A stretch of 64,000 nucleotides of DNA. Origin: Asterias rubens. Taxonomy: Eukaryota. The stretch covers positions 5,828,001 to 5,892,000 of the forward strand of contig NC_047068.1 in NCBI RefSeq assembly GCF_902459465.1. The letters run 5' to 3'. The number at the start of each line of letters is the position of its first letter. Positions within the stretch are counted from its first letter, which is position 1. Positions 34,708 to 45,659 of the stretch are shown piece by piece. The translations under genes and the position numbers were made by a program. A model generated the notes under the pieces. It saw only the letters and a program-made list of their open reading frames with translations, did not search any database and was not told where the DNA came from.

Positions 34708-35978
34708 ATATATGCATAATATGATTGAGTATTTTAAACGCTTGTTACATAAGTACAAAATAAACATTTTTTAACATTAACTGCAACTTGAACATACTGT
34801 ATTTTGTAGTATTCGTGTCAAAAGTAACATTTTGACATGGGTATGTGATTTTTGTAAACTTTTGCTGTTTTCCCCAAATATGAAATGAGGTTTCTGTCCC
34901 ACAATATTTAAAAGCTGTAGAGACTATGCAGTATGCATGAGAACTTTTACTGACAACTGGTCTGATACTCTTGTGTACCACCAGGGGGACTGTAGCCTTC
35001 GTTGCTTCATAGATCCGCATTCAAAATGACTGGAAGGTTTGACCAGCCTGCGAATATCCCCTTCCAGGCGCTTCGAATCACGGCTCTACGAAGCTAGTGT
35101 CTAAGCCACGAAGGCCTTGACAAAAGGCTAGTGGGGCGGAGGAGTAGTTGCATTATTTCATGGTAGTCCAGTACTGCTTGAAGGTTGATTTCTACATTAT
35201 TACCTGCAGTTGGATATAATAAAGGAAAAATATGGGTGAATGAATGAATGAGTGGATAGATAGACGGTGAGTGCATGTAACTCAGAAATAAAATATCAAT
35301 ATTTTTGTTATTTATTAATTTAACTATTTATTTGCTTATCTAATTTCTGGTTTATTGTTTGTTTGTTTATCAATTGATTGGTTGTTTTGATTGCTTTATT
35401 CATATTTAATCATCCTTTTATTGATGTAAAGGTTGGAAAAGGAGTTTAGTTTGATTAACTTTTCGTTGCTTGCGTTGTTATTTTATCAATTTGTCTGTTT
35501 ATTTATTGACCTATTTTTTGTTTATCCATCCATATTTTGATATATTTGTTGCTATATTTCTTGTTTACATGTACCTTTCCAACTATTTATTCATTTACTT
35601 ATTGTTACTTTTTATTTATTATTTTTAATTACCAATTTGGTTATTTATTTATTTATTTGCTTGTCTAATTTCTGGTGTTTGTCTTTGGGGATAATCTTCC
35701 GGACATCGCCACCAATTTATCCGCCGTTAATTAACTCCAAAACCACTGAATTTTTTTCTTACCTGAGAAGAAGGGTTACCGCATATATACATCCAGAAAA
35801 CCTCCTCAGGTGCACAAAAAAAAAGGGCCGGAAGTTGGTGGCGACGACGTAAAATTTTTCCGTCTTTGGTTTTGTTGTTTCAAGTTGTGCTTTGTGTATA
35901 CAGATTATTTATATTTACTTTAATTTATTTTTATTTTTCCAAAGAGAGTATAACAGGCTTTCGAGCTACTGTGTAGTG

Positions 35979-36625
35979 GGGTCCTACTAAAAGCCGACAA
36001 CTCGCCGACAACGCCGACAACAAGTCCAGAGCGCCGACAACTCGCCGCCAACAAGTTTTAATTACCTCGAAAATTGCCAATATACCATAGATGTTTTAGA
36101 ACTATATGTGTTCTGTAATATAAACATAAATTTAATGGAAAAACTTCACGAAAAGTGTGAATTTTTAACCAGAAAAAAAACTGAACGTTCACGGAAAACG
36201 GTCGGACGCCATCTTGGCTTAAAATCGTGTTCGGACCAGTCCATTATGATGCGGGTGAGTCAGACTTAGCAATAGAGGGCGGGCGTCATGCACTGTGCAC
36301 ACTGCAGTGAAGGTCTTCACATGAAGCCCGCCCTCTGTTGTTGACAAGTGCTAAATCTACCCGTATCATAATGGTCTGGTCCAAACACGGTTTTTAAGCC
36401 AAGATGGCGTCCGACCGCTTTTCGTGCAAGTGAAGTTTTTTTCTGGTTAAAAATTCACACTTTTTGTGAAGTTTTTCCATTAACTTTATGTTTATATTAC
36501 AGAACACATATAGTTCTAATACATATATGGTTTATTGGCCATTTTTGAGGTAATTAAAACTTGTTGGCGGCGAGTTGTCGGCGCTCTGGACTTGTTGTCG
36601 GCGTTGTCGGCTTTTAGTAGGACCG
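35979..36625. mobile_element. Foldback element with ~310-bp near-perfect arms
   Basis: Termini ggtcctactaaaagccgacaac and its reverse complement; 8-bp TSD gtgtagtg (35971-35978 and 36626-36633). Confidence 0.88.
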
Positions 36626-37827
36626 GTGTAGTGTGTTAAATTATACTCTTGTTGATCCTGGCCATCACATTTTTTTTTTTTTTTATTTTTTTTGTGGGTT
36701 GGGTGGTTTTTTGCTATGGGGTGGGTTTCAGGGGACATTTCTTGTGACAGGACGGCTTTGTAGAGGTGCTGGTCACCTGTTCCTCCTCGTCACTCACTGG
36801 CTTGGTATTTTTTATAGCTAATTTGATTCTTTATTTCTTTATGTATCGATTTGTATTTCTATATTTTTATGCCAGTGTAAAGTCTAATAAAACTAAAACA
36901 TTAGGGTTGTTTTGTAATTTCCTGTGCCCTTACTGTTTGTCTTGCTTTGTATTTACTTTTGTTTTTATATTATTTATTTTACATACTGTCTACTTGTATA
37001 TTGTTAATGTTTAATGGCCAAATAAAGAATAAGAATAAGATGGAATAATAAGTAAGAATAAGGGATGAACTAGCCCCATGCATAAATGAACATGTTATTT
37101 GATAATGATAGTTACAAATTAGAGTAAAAGTCTTAAGTATCTGATATAAAATAATTGACGTTGATCGTTTATCCATTTATAATATTGATAGTGACCAGTT
37201 AAGAACACTGTGCACAAAACAACTTCTTACCGAGAAAGATGTCCATCAATGTTTCGGATCGGCATCATATCACCAACTCCGCGTCAAGCTTTAGCGACGA
37301 CGGACGAGAGAGCATGCAGTGTACATGTACGTTATGCATGCGTGTATGTGTATGCTGGTACTCAGTTATTTTTGCATTGGCTTAACACAGCGACGTGAAG
37401 AGTACCAGTTATATAGTGAGTAGAGTAGAGTAGAATCCTACTCGTACATGTACCATAGGAAATCTCTTCGCATATCTTGCACCAATTGTATATGCCAGAA
37501 TGACGTCCGCTGGCCCCCACGATTATTTTCACGTATTTTCACTGCGTCTGCGTTGAGTTATCTATGCGCTATACGATCTCTTTGGTGTATACACACAAAT
37601 TTCATTTTGTCCGTCACAAGGTCACGCAGCTAGCTCCACGCTCCAGGCTACTTCTTCAAAGGAAGCCCTTGAAAGCTGCAAATTTGCATATAGTGCACCA
37701 CCAGTAGGTGTGCTCATGGGGGTCATTCGTCGGGCCTCATCTCGTTACCATTCTCTGTTAAAAAATGTACTCTCATCTGATTCAGCAGCTCTCTAAAGGA
37801 TGAAATATAAGGCTACAGTCAGTTTGC

Positions 37828-40800
37828 ATGAAACCGAAAGCCAGATTACTTAAGCATCACCTCCTCATTTTGGGACTAGGAATAATGTTCCGATTCTTAA
37901 GAAGTTATTTCAATGAGATTGTAAAAGAAGGTGAAAACATCGGATGCATCGCCGTGTTTGGAATGTTTACTATAAACATGATCTGGAACGGTGTAATAAA
38001 GAGTCTGGCTGTGATGCTACCGACTCTACAGGAACAGTTCGGTGCTTCAACGTGGCTGGTTGGGTGGATGATAGCTTTAATAGACGGCACTTGTGACCTA
38101 GCAGGTACGTCGGCCTTGCCCTGCCGTCAAAAAAAGGGTCGGTCACACAATAATAATATTTATTTATTCGGGCAATCACATTTACAAGCACATGTACATA
38201 CATTAAACATATTTAAGAAAACAAAGTAAAACAACAGTGGGGTGCCCAGGAGAGCATAAAAGTAAAACAAAATATCGCCAAAAGGCGATGGAAAAGTTTC
38301 CGTATGGCGCCACCACTTTTTCATTCGGTATGAAATAATATAGTATCTAATATACCTCAAAGAGATATCCTTTTTGTAAAAATGAGGGGGAAAAGTGGTG
38401 GCGCCATACGGAAAGTTATCCTACAATGCTTATATGACACTGCAAAAATTTCTAAATATCTCTGGAACGCATTTGTCAATCACCCCCATTCCTTCACCGG
38501 TGTAAAAGTAAATCCGTGACCTAATTAGAAATGATTATTATCTGTTTAAGATTTTTCTTGTTCTTAAAATAACATGGCTAAAGTAGTCCCAGCCTATTTT
38601 CTAAACTATCCACCTGTGTAATAGTTAAAAAGCAGCTTTTCATAACTGAGAAGTCTCCCGAACACACAAACAATCTACTCCGCGGTAGTAGAGTAAAGAA
38701 AGACAGTTCTCTAAGAACCGCAAACCAAATATATAATATAAATAGCTCCCATCCAATGATGAGTTTTAGGCCTAAAACTTTCCTGATGACCAAACTGAAA
38801 CATCATTACGGGCTGTTCGTTTGATCTGACACATCATAATGTTTGATACCTTCCACAGCTCCGTTTGCACCAATATTAAGGGATGCGTTTGGAGTCAGAA
38901 TGGTCATCATGGTCAGCGGTGTGGCAATGTGTGCATCGCTTATCTGTTCAGCTTTTTCAACCAGTTTGTCAACAATGGCTGTCGTTCTGACAGTTATTGG
39001 AGGTGAGTTTTGTATTGAAACAAAAATCTGTCTTACAAAAATAGCACAGTAGTATATTTAGCTGGCATCGCTTCAAAGTGATGTACGGAGAACTAGTTTT
39101 AGCATGTAAAGCTTACGCTAAATTCTGTTTCGAAGGTTCAAGATATATTCAGGGGTTATCAGCAGTAATGTAGCAGTACTATGTAAGCGCCTTATACGGA
39201 GAGGATTACAGCGTGGCGTGTCGGTCATGGTCTAGCGGTTAAGACCACCGGATTTAAAAACTCCGGTGTGTCCGATCAGTAGAGTGTGGGCTCGAGTCCC
39301 AGTCGTGACACGTGTCGGATGATGACGTAGATCCGTTGGTCCCGTGTGTTGTAATGCAGGTAAAAGAACCCAGTGCACTTATTGAAAAGAGAAAATGTGG
39401 CCGGTGTTCCTGGTTTGATTGGCAGTATATTGCATTGCGCCACAACACCTTGTAAACCATTACATGTTGCTATGTAAAAGGAATAGGTCTCATACTTTAA
39501 ACGAAGTCCCACATACCTTGTATTGTTGACAAATACAGTATGTTAAAGCGCCTTGAGCGTCACCGGGTCCGGTGACGGATAAACGCACTAAATAAGAAGC
39601 CACTATTATTACTATCATTTATTGAGCCCAAATTTTGTGCCGTTAATGATAAGTCCAAGCATTTGATTAAATTTGACAGCAAAGTCTATTAAAGTCTGCA
39701 AAACGTACTTAAACATTATCTTAAACTTTATGGCAATTGTTTTATAGTTCTCTAACCAACACGGAACTCTTTTGCCCTCAGGACCCACACTTGGGATTGC
39801 CAGTATCATAACCAGGGATCTGATTGGTCGATGTTTCGACAAACACTACTCCACTGCGTTAGGCATAACTGGTGTAGGTGGCTCTTTGGGGTACATTATT
39901 TTTGCCCCTCTGACGCAATTCCTCTTGGACCTCTATGGTTGGAGAGCAACGATGATGCTACTTGGTGCACTGTTCTTCAATCTCACCGTGTGTGGCGCTC
40001 TAATGAAATCACGAGATGGAGGCTACAAGGCGGTCGACAATGGAAAACAGAGTGTTGTAGATGATCAAGATAACGGAGCAAGTCGACAAAGTCGATCATC
40101 TCATCGTACTTCCATTTGTAACTTAATCGCCATGAATCTACCTCTGGACTTATTCACATCAGTCCGTTACTGGCTTATAACATTCGCCTCTGTCATGTTT
40201 TTTTTCTGTATGTATGCGTGGTTGATCTACTTTGTACCACACGTCACTATGTCAAAGGGATTTTCGCCCACCGATGCTGCTAACTTCGTTTTAGTTTTTG
40301 GTGTTGGAAAGATGTTAGGGCATTTACTCGTTGGTCAAGCCGTTTCTGCTTGTGACAAGATTGGTCTAGATGCTAATGTGTGTATGTTGATATCACTTGG
40401 TGTGATGTCCACTTACTATTTCATTGATCCATGTTTGATAATTAGCTGGGCGATTTATGTCAGTGTATTCATTTATGGATGTTTCCATTCCTTCACGTAT
40501 ACACTGTTTGACGTCATCACAAAAGAAGCGATCGGAGCGGATCAGTTGGGAAGCGCCTTCGGATGGATTGCGTTCAAATGTGGTGCGATGAGATCTGCAT
40601 TGCTTTTCTTTCCAGGTAGGCGTTTTGTTGATGTTCATTATTTATGGCCTCAAAATAATATGGTGTTATTATCAGGTTTTTGAGCAGCATTGTTAAAGTT
40701 AAAGCGAGTCCTGTTTATCGTTTTCACTAAACCATTTTGTTTTGTCACTGTTTTGTTTTCCGTTCTAGGTTTGGTGTTTGATACACTCGGTAGCTACACC

Positions 40801-40899
40801 TTAGCATTCCTCATCATGGGTGGAATGAACTTACTGAGCTTCTTTGCACTGCTCTACCTGATGTGGTTAAAAAGACACCGTCTAGAAACTGGCATTTAA
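37828..40899 (+). CDS. Monocarboxylate transporter (SLC16/MCT-family MFS), 4 exons, ~461 aa
   Basis: Exons 37828-38104 (start could instead be ATG 37885), 38859-39002, 39782-40615 and 40769-40899, all joined by phase-1 GT-AG introns. MCT-like motifs: LPTLQEQFGASTWLVGW, FDKHYSTALGITGVGGSLG, LLDLYGWRATMMLLGALFFNLTVCGALMK, GLVFDTLGSYTLAF. Confidence 0.9.
38290..38421. mobile_element. Small MITE with ~30-bp TIR (truncated reverse copy at ~29600-29730)
   Basis: ggaaaagtttccgtatggcgccaccactttt and aaaagtggtggcgccatacggaaagttatcc. Confidence 0.75.
39213..39615 (+). mobile_element. tRNA-derived SINE, near full length (MCT intron 2)
   Basis: Box A-like tggtctagcgg, box B-like gctcgagtcc, conserved-type body (ccgttggtcccgtgtgttg...gtaaaagaacccagtgcactt), LINE-like tail aaagcgccttgagcg ending in (att)n-like repeats. 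Confidence 0.8.
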
Positions 40900-41153
40900 A
40901 TAGCTTGAACTTCCAATGCTTAAACCCTCCCAAATGGTCTGCAGCCAGTAGATCAAAAACATATTTTAATTATCAACTTTTTTTCTTTTTTTTGGCAAAA
41001 ACATGTGAAAACCTTTAAATTTCTATCCGCTGACAGGCCCGATCGACATGGTCTGTGCAAACAAATACTATAGTTTTACAGTGTAGAAACATACGAAACA
41101 AATGTTAAAAATTAAAACAAGTAATTTGTTTTCGAAACAGCATTGGTGTACCT

Positions 41154-42134
41154 CTTTTACTTAGAGAATATTCAGATATAACTCGGCCGAATTTTCAAGA
41201 ACATCCCGTTAAACACAATGTCACGCACCATATTACCACCACGGGCCCACCAGTGAATGCACGTCCCCGACGATTGGCCTCAGACAAGTTACATATAGCC
41301 AAAGCAGAATTTAATCACATGCTTGACTTGGGAATAATCCGTCCCTCAAAAAGCCCATGGTCTTCACCTTTGCACATGGTACCTAAGAAAAATGGCGATT
41401 GGAGACCTTGCGGTGACTATCGTGCTTTATATAATGCCACAACACCTGATAGGTACCCGATTCCCCACATTCACGATTTTGCAGCAACCTTACATGACAA
41501 GAAGATTTTCAGTAAAGTTGACCTAGTCAAGGCTTACCACCAGATACCTGTTGAACCCGAAGATATACCAAAAACGGCAATAACTACACCTTTCGGCCTT
41601 TTTGAATATATAAGAATGCCATTCGGGTTAAGAAATGCTGCGCAAACATTTCAAAGATTTATCGATCAAGTATTACACGGCTCGGATTTCACCTATGCTT
41701 ATATTGACGATTTGTTGATTGCGAGTGAAAATGAGCAACAACATGAATATCATCTTAGACTACTTTTTGACCGCTTACGAGAATACGGGGTGGTAATCAA
41801 CCCTAGTAAATGCGAATTCAAAGTAACTAGTCTTGATTTCTTAGGCCACCATATTGACTGTCATGGTATCAAACCTTTGGAAAATAAGGTGAACTTAATC
41901 CAAGACTTTCCAGTACCAAATTCACTCCGCAAATTGAGAGAATTTCTGGGATTGATCAATTTTTATCGGCGTTTCATCCCACATTGCGCTGATATTTTGC
42001 AACCCTTGACTGACATGCTGTCTTGCAAGTCAAAAGACAAAGCGATTTCACTGACCGAATGTGAATTGGCATCTTTCCAAAGAGCAAAATCTACTCTAGC
42101 TGAAGCTACTATGTTAGTACACCCAGCTGTAGAC
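41154..42134 (+). mobile_element. Ty3/gypsy LTR-retrotransposon pol fragment: reverse transcriptase and connection
   Basis: Open frame with [75 protein letters not shown]. Homology stops at MLVHPAVD. No gag, protease or LTR seen upstream. Confidence 0.95.
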
Positions 42135-42375
42135 ACCAATACATGTGTACACTGCAGATTGAGGACATACTTTTCATACTAATTTACTATCCAATGGAGG
42201 ACATTGCCAAAAGTCGAATGGTACCTATCGATGTGAGGACATAACACATGAATCCTTTTTCTTGCGGTTCACTAATGTGAATGTGTATACTGGCCTTATA
42301 GGAAATGTTTTGGGGGTGGTACACGATTTTCTTGTTCTTTGGGGGGGGGGGGGGGGGGGGGGGCAGGCCAAAGGT

Positions 42376-43003
42376 CTAGACTAATCATTTGGCTGTGCCT
42401 ACAGAGTCACTCTAGGTTATGACTGTACTTTGGTGGTGCATGAGACCTTAAATTTGTTAAAGTGTCATCGTGTTTCTACAAAAGTCCTTAATGTTTTTCA
42501 AGTTCTGGTCTGCAATGCCACAGGACAGGACGATTCAATGTCACGTTTTCCTGGAATCTTCTTCAGCAAAATGAATCTCTGCAAGCCCTCGGTTACGTCT
42601 TTCTTTTCCTGGGCAGTCCAGGGGCGTCGCTTGAATTGTCGACGCTCGACTTGTCGAGCTTTTGGAGCTGGATCCGTTTGGGTTGGTGGCCTTCCTACAA
42701 CACACAGGAAAGAAGAGGTCAGTTAGTAAACATAATCAAATGGGGCGTATACATAACCTAAATATGTTCATTTTACCGGTGTCACATTAACTCCTCGAGT
42801 AAATCAATAAGCAATTTAGCACAAAAGAATGCGATAAAGGTACCTGCAGAAAATGCCTGACAAGAAGCAGCCATCTTGTTTCATCCTACCGTACAAAATG
42901 AGTTGCCCAGATGGGCTAATCTAGACTAATCACTTGGCTGTGCCTACAGAGTGACTCTAGGTTATGACTGTACTTTGATGGTGCATGACACCTTAAATTT
43001 GTT
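42376..43003. repeat. ~83-bp direct repeat pair bracketing the Myb-like exon
   Basis: tctagactaatca(t/c)ttggctgtgcctacagagt(c/g)actctaggttatgactgtacttt... at ~42376-42458 and ~42920-43003. Confidence 0.85.
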
Positions 43004-43209
43004 GACAGCAAACAGAGTCTGGCATGTTATCGCATTTTGGTCTAGGGGGGGGGGGGGTAAACAGGGAATAGGACCAGCATATGCAAGAGACCTACAAGAG
43101 ATATAGGCATTAAAAAATATTAAAAACTTACTGGCATCAACACTGTCCTCCAAAGCTGGGTCACACGAGTCACCTGAATCACTGCTGTCCTCATCGCTGG
43201 TGAAGCCTT
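42457..43209 (-). pseudogene. Two spliced 3' exons (acidic exon plus Myb/SANT-like terminal exon) of a truncated, element-type gene
   Basis: Exon 43209-43132 (EGFTSDEDSSDSGDSCD) and exon 42694-42457 (KRRPWTAQEKKDVTEGLQRFILLKKIPGKRDIE...ALQTRT), joined by a phase-1 GT-AG intron. Restoring one G at 42499 gives WKNIKDFCRN. I recall this motif from the C-termini of tyrosine-recombinase (Crypton-like) proteins of aquatic animals; this is unverified. Confidence 0.6.
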
Positions 43210-43650
43210 CTGCAATAAAAAGAAATTAAACTTCTACAGTTAGCTTTGATTGGTTTCTGGCACACAAATAACAATGTGGGCCAATCCGTTTGGTTGGGTG
43301 TGTGGGGTTTGGGGTGTACAGTGATTGATGTTCAAAGGGGGGGGGGGGAGGGGGGGTTAGGTGATGACGGCCACAGGCCGAGTTATCAGGCCCCAAAAAC
43401 AAAGAGCAATTGTTACATTTAGGTATGCTTGCTTTTTGGCGTACACACCTAAACATGTTGGCCAATCCATTGGGGGGGGGGGTGGAGAGGGGGGGGGGAG
43501 GTTGTACAGTGAATGAATGTTATTTGGGGGGGGGGGTACCACAGTTTGAATTAAATTGGAAAGACAAGTTAAAAATGGGTTTGTTTACCTCCAGGAACAT
43601 GCAACTCCTCCAAAGATTTGCCATGTTGCGAAACCATTTTTCATCTATAG

Positions 43651-44322
43651 GATGCATGGGAATTGGAAGATTCAGAAAAGCGTCTACAGAGAGCAGGACT
43701 TAGTCGCCTGGAGATACTAGAGAAGTCACATTTGGATGAATGCATCTGCAAGGGTGAATGGCTTGCATGTGCTGAAAATGTATTACTTAACAATGATTTG
43801 TGCAATAAGAGTTTTTCTAAAGCAGTAACAACTCTCCTGGACGAGGGTAGGGGAAAATATCGTAACATCATGATTACTGGGCCAGCAAATTGTGGGAAAA
43901 CATTTCTTTTAAATCCATTAAATAAAATATACAATGTATTTACCAACCCAGCAACAACAACATTTGCTTGGGTTGGTGCTGAGCAATCTGAAATCATATT
44001 CCTGAATGACTTTCGGTGGACCTCGCAAATAATACCTTGGCAAGACTTGCTATTATTACTAGAAGGTCAACTCGTCCACCTCCCCGCCCCAAAATCGCAT
44101 TTTGCACAAGATTTAATTTTAAATAAGGACACCCCTATTTTTTGCACTCGCAAAAATCCAATAGTTCTTGTCAAGGGTGGCTCTGTGGATGAAAGGGAAA
44201 CAGAAATGATGGCCGTGTGCTGGAAAATATTGCCATTTCACCACCAGATTCCTGAAGATGAACAGAAGTGTGTACCACCTTGTACGCGATGCTTTGCATC
44301 ACTAATCTTAAATAAGGAATAG
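43651..44322 (+). CDS. Superfamily-3 helicase, parvovirus NS1 / CRESS-Rep-like C-terminal half (possibly inactive)
   Basis: Walker A GPANCGKT (43879-43902), Walker B-like IIFLND (43993-44010), motif-C-like TPIFCT and a C-terminal CxxC (PCTRCF). The frame opens at 43651, after an in-frame TAG that also forms an acceptor-like tttttcatctatag. No HUH nuclease domain is visible upstream. Confidence 0.8.
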   Translation, partial: DAWELEDSEKRLQRAGLSRLEILEKSHLDECICKGEWLACAENVLLNNDLCNKSFSKAVTTLLDEGRGKYRNIMITGPANCGKTFLLNPLNKIYNVFTNPATTTFAWVGAEQSEIIFLNDFRWTSQIIPWQDLLLLLEGQLVHLPAPKSHFAQDLILNKDTPIFCTRKNPIVLVKGGSVDERETEMMAVCWKILPFHHQIPEDEQKCVPPCTRCFASLILNKE

Positions 44323-44455
44323 TTTGAAACAGTCTCATATAGGTCTATATAAAGGATTTTGATAGAAAAATTTGATGCCCGTTCTGCATTTGCCCCCCCC
44401 CCCCAATCCATGATCACAGCCTAAACTGTTCTAAGTGCCCATTTTCAAAGTACGT

Positions 44456-44824
44456 TCAAGGAACACGTTGCCTTGGATCGGTCGAGTTGGTCTTTGAAAA
44501 GCGTTTGTTATAAAATGTATATAGGTAGAAAGATGCTGTAAAAGTAGAATACAATGATCCACACAAACATGCCTCGAAATTGTACGGTTTTCCGTTTTAC
44601 ACAGTCGGCCATGTATGGGAGTCAAATTTGTTGACTCCCATAAATGGCCGACCGTGTTAGTTCGCACAGTAAAAGGAAAACCACGCTATTTCGAGGCAAA
44701 CTTGTGTGGATCATTGTATTCTACTTTTTACACATCTTTCCAACCATATGCATTTTATAACAAACGGTTAAAAACGCTTTTTTATATACCAACTCGTCCG
44801 ATCCAAGGCAACGTGTTCCTTTAA
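44456..44824. mobile_element. MITE family B copy, just downstream of the SF3 helicase stop
   Basis: aggaacacgttgccttggatcggtcgagttgg ... ccaactcgtccgatccaaggcaacgtgttcct|TTAA. Confidence 0.85.
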
Positions 44825-45659
44825 AACCAACGTGTGAAATGTTCCCAAAGACTTGGTGCTTTTTAGAGAGTACAGCACAATGAAGTGGTTGATATTATAC
44901 AATTTGGCACATAATTGTCAGAAATACACAAAAGTTCTCACTATCTGTTTATTATTATTATTATTATTATTATTTATTTGGCAATTCACATACAAATACA
45001 AAAATATAAATACAATAGAAATACATTACGAACTACCTGGGAAGTTAACTGTAATAAAGTTTCACAAGTATGCAGACTGATTTTCACCGTTTCATTTTTG
45101 TACCATTCCAAAGTAGAAATAATAGTCTGGTTCCTTTTTATGGTGAGTGATTTTTTATCATCAATGTCATTGGGTATACTGGGAACCAGACCAAGATAGC
45201 CACAGTGTAATATAGGTCTATAGTTTTGTATTATATCAACATGTTAACAGACAATTAATGATAGGATTTAGGACTTTTATACAAGTTATTGTCATGGTGG
45301 TCTTAAATTAAAAAGGGTTTTAACTTTATGAATGAGTACCAGTGTGAAATTGTCACTTTTTTATTTAATGTTAACTATGTACGCTGAACAATAGGTGTGC
45401 TTTGTCAATGTAAATCCATCACTATAAATACCTTCAGAACTACAGGGCAAGTTGATTTTTAGTCAGTGTCACAAGTATGCAGACTTGTTTGATAGACTCT
45501 GTATCCCCTGCACCCCCCCCCCCCCCATTACAATGTTGTGGCTCCCGCGCAGTCTCACTTTTGCGCACTCGGCCCTCTACAACATTGAAGGGGGGGGGGT
45601 ATCAGCTTTTGCATAATGTCGTAGAAAAACTTCAGGTCGCATCCACCCACCTACCCACA

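Noticed and set aside
35280-35690. Strongly T-rich stretch (similar at 36650-37060)
   Set aside because: Low-complexity sequence with no periodicity or coding signal.
39213-39310. tRNA-like sequence (also 22439, 23453, ~56000)
   Set aside because: Box A/B are present, but I see no proper cloverleaf. The 39213 copy runs into a SINE body and tail, so these are not tRNA genes.
44975-45245. Long stop-free minus-strand frame as a possible upstream exon of the Myb-like gene
   Set aside because: No convincing splice signals or recognisable motif.
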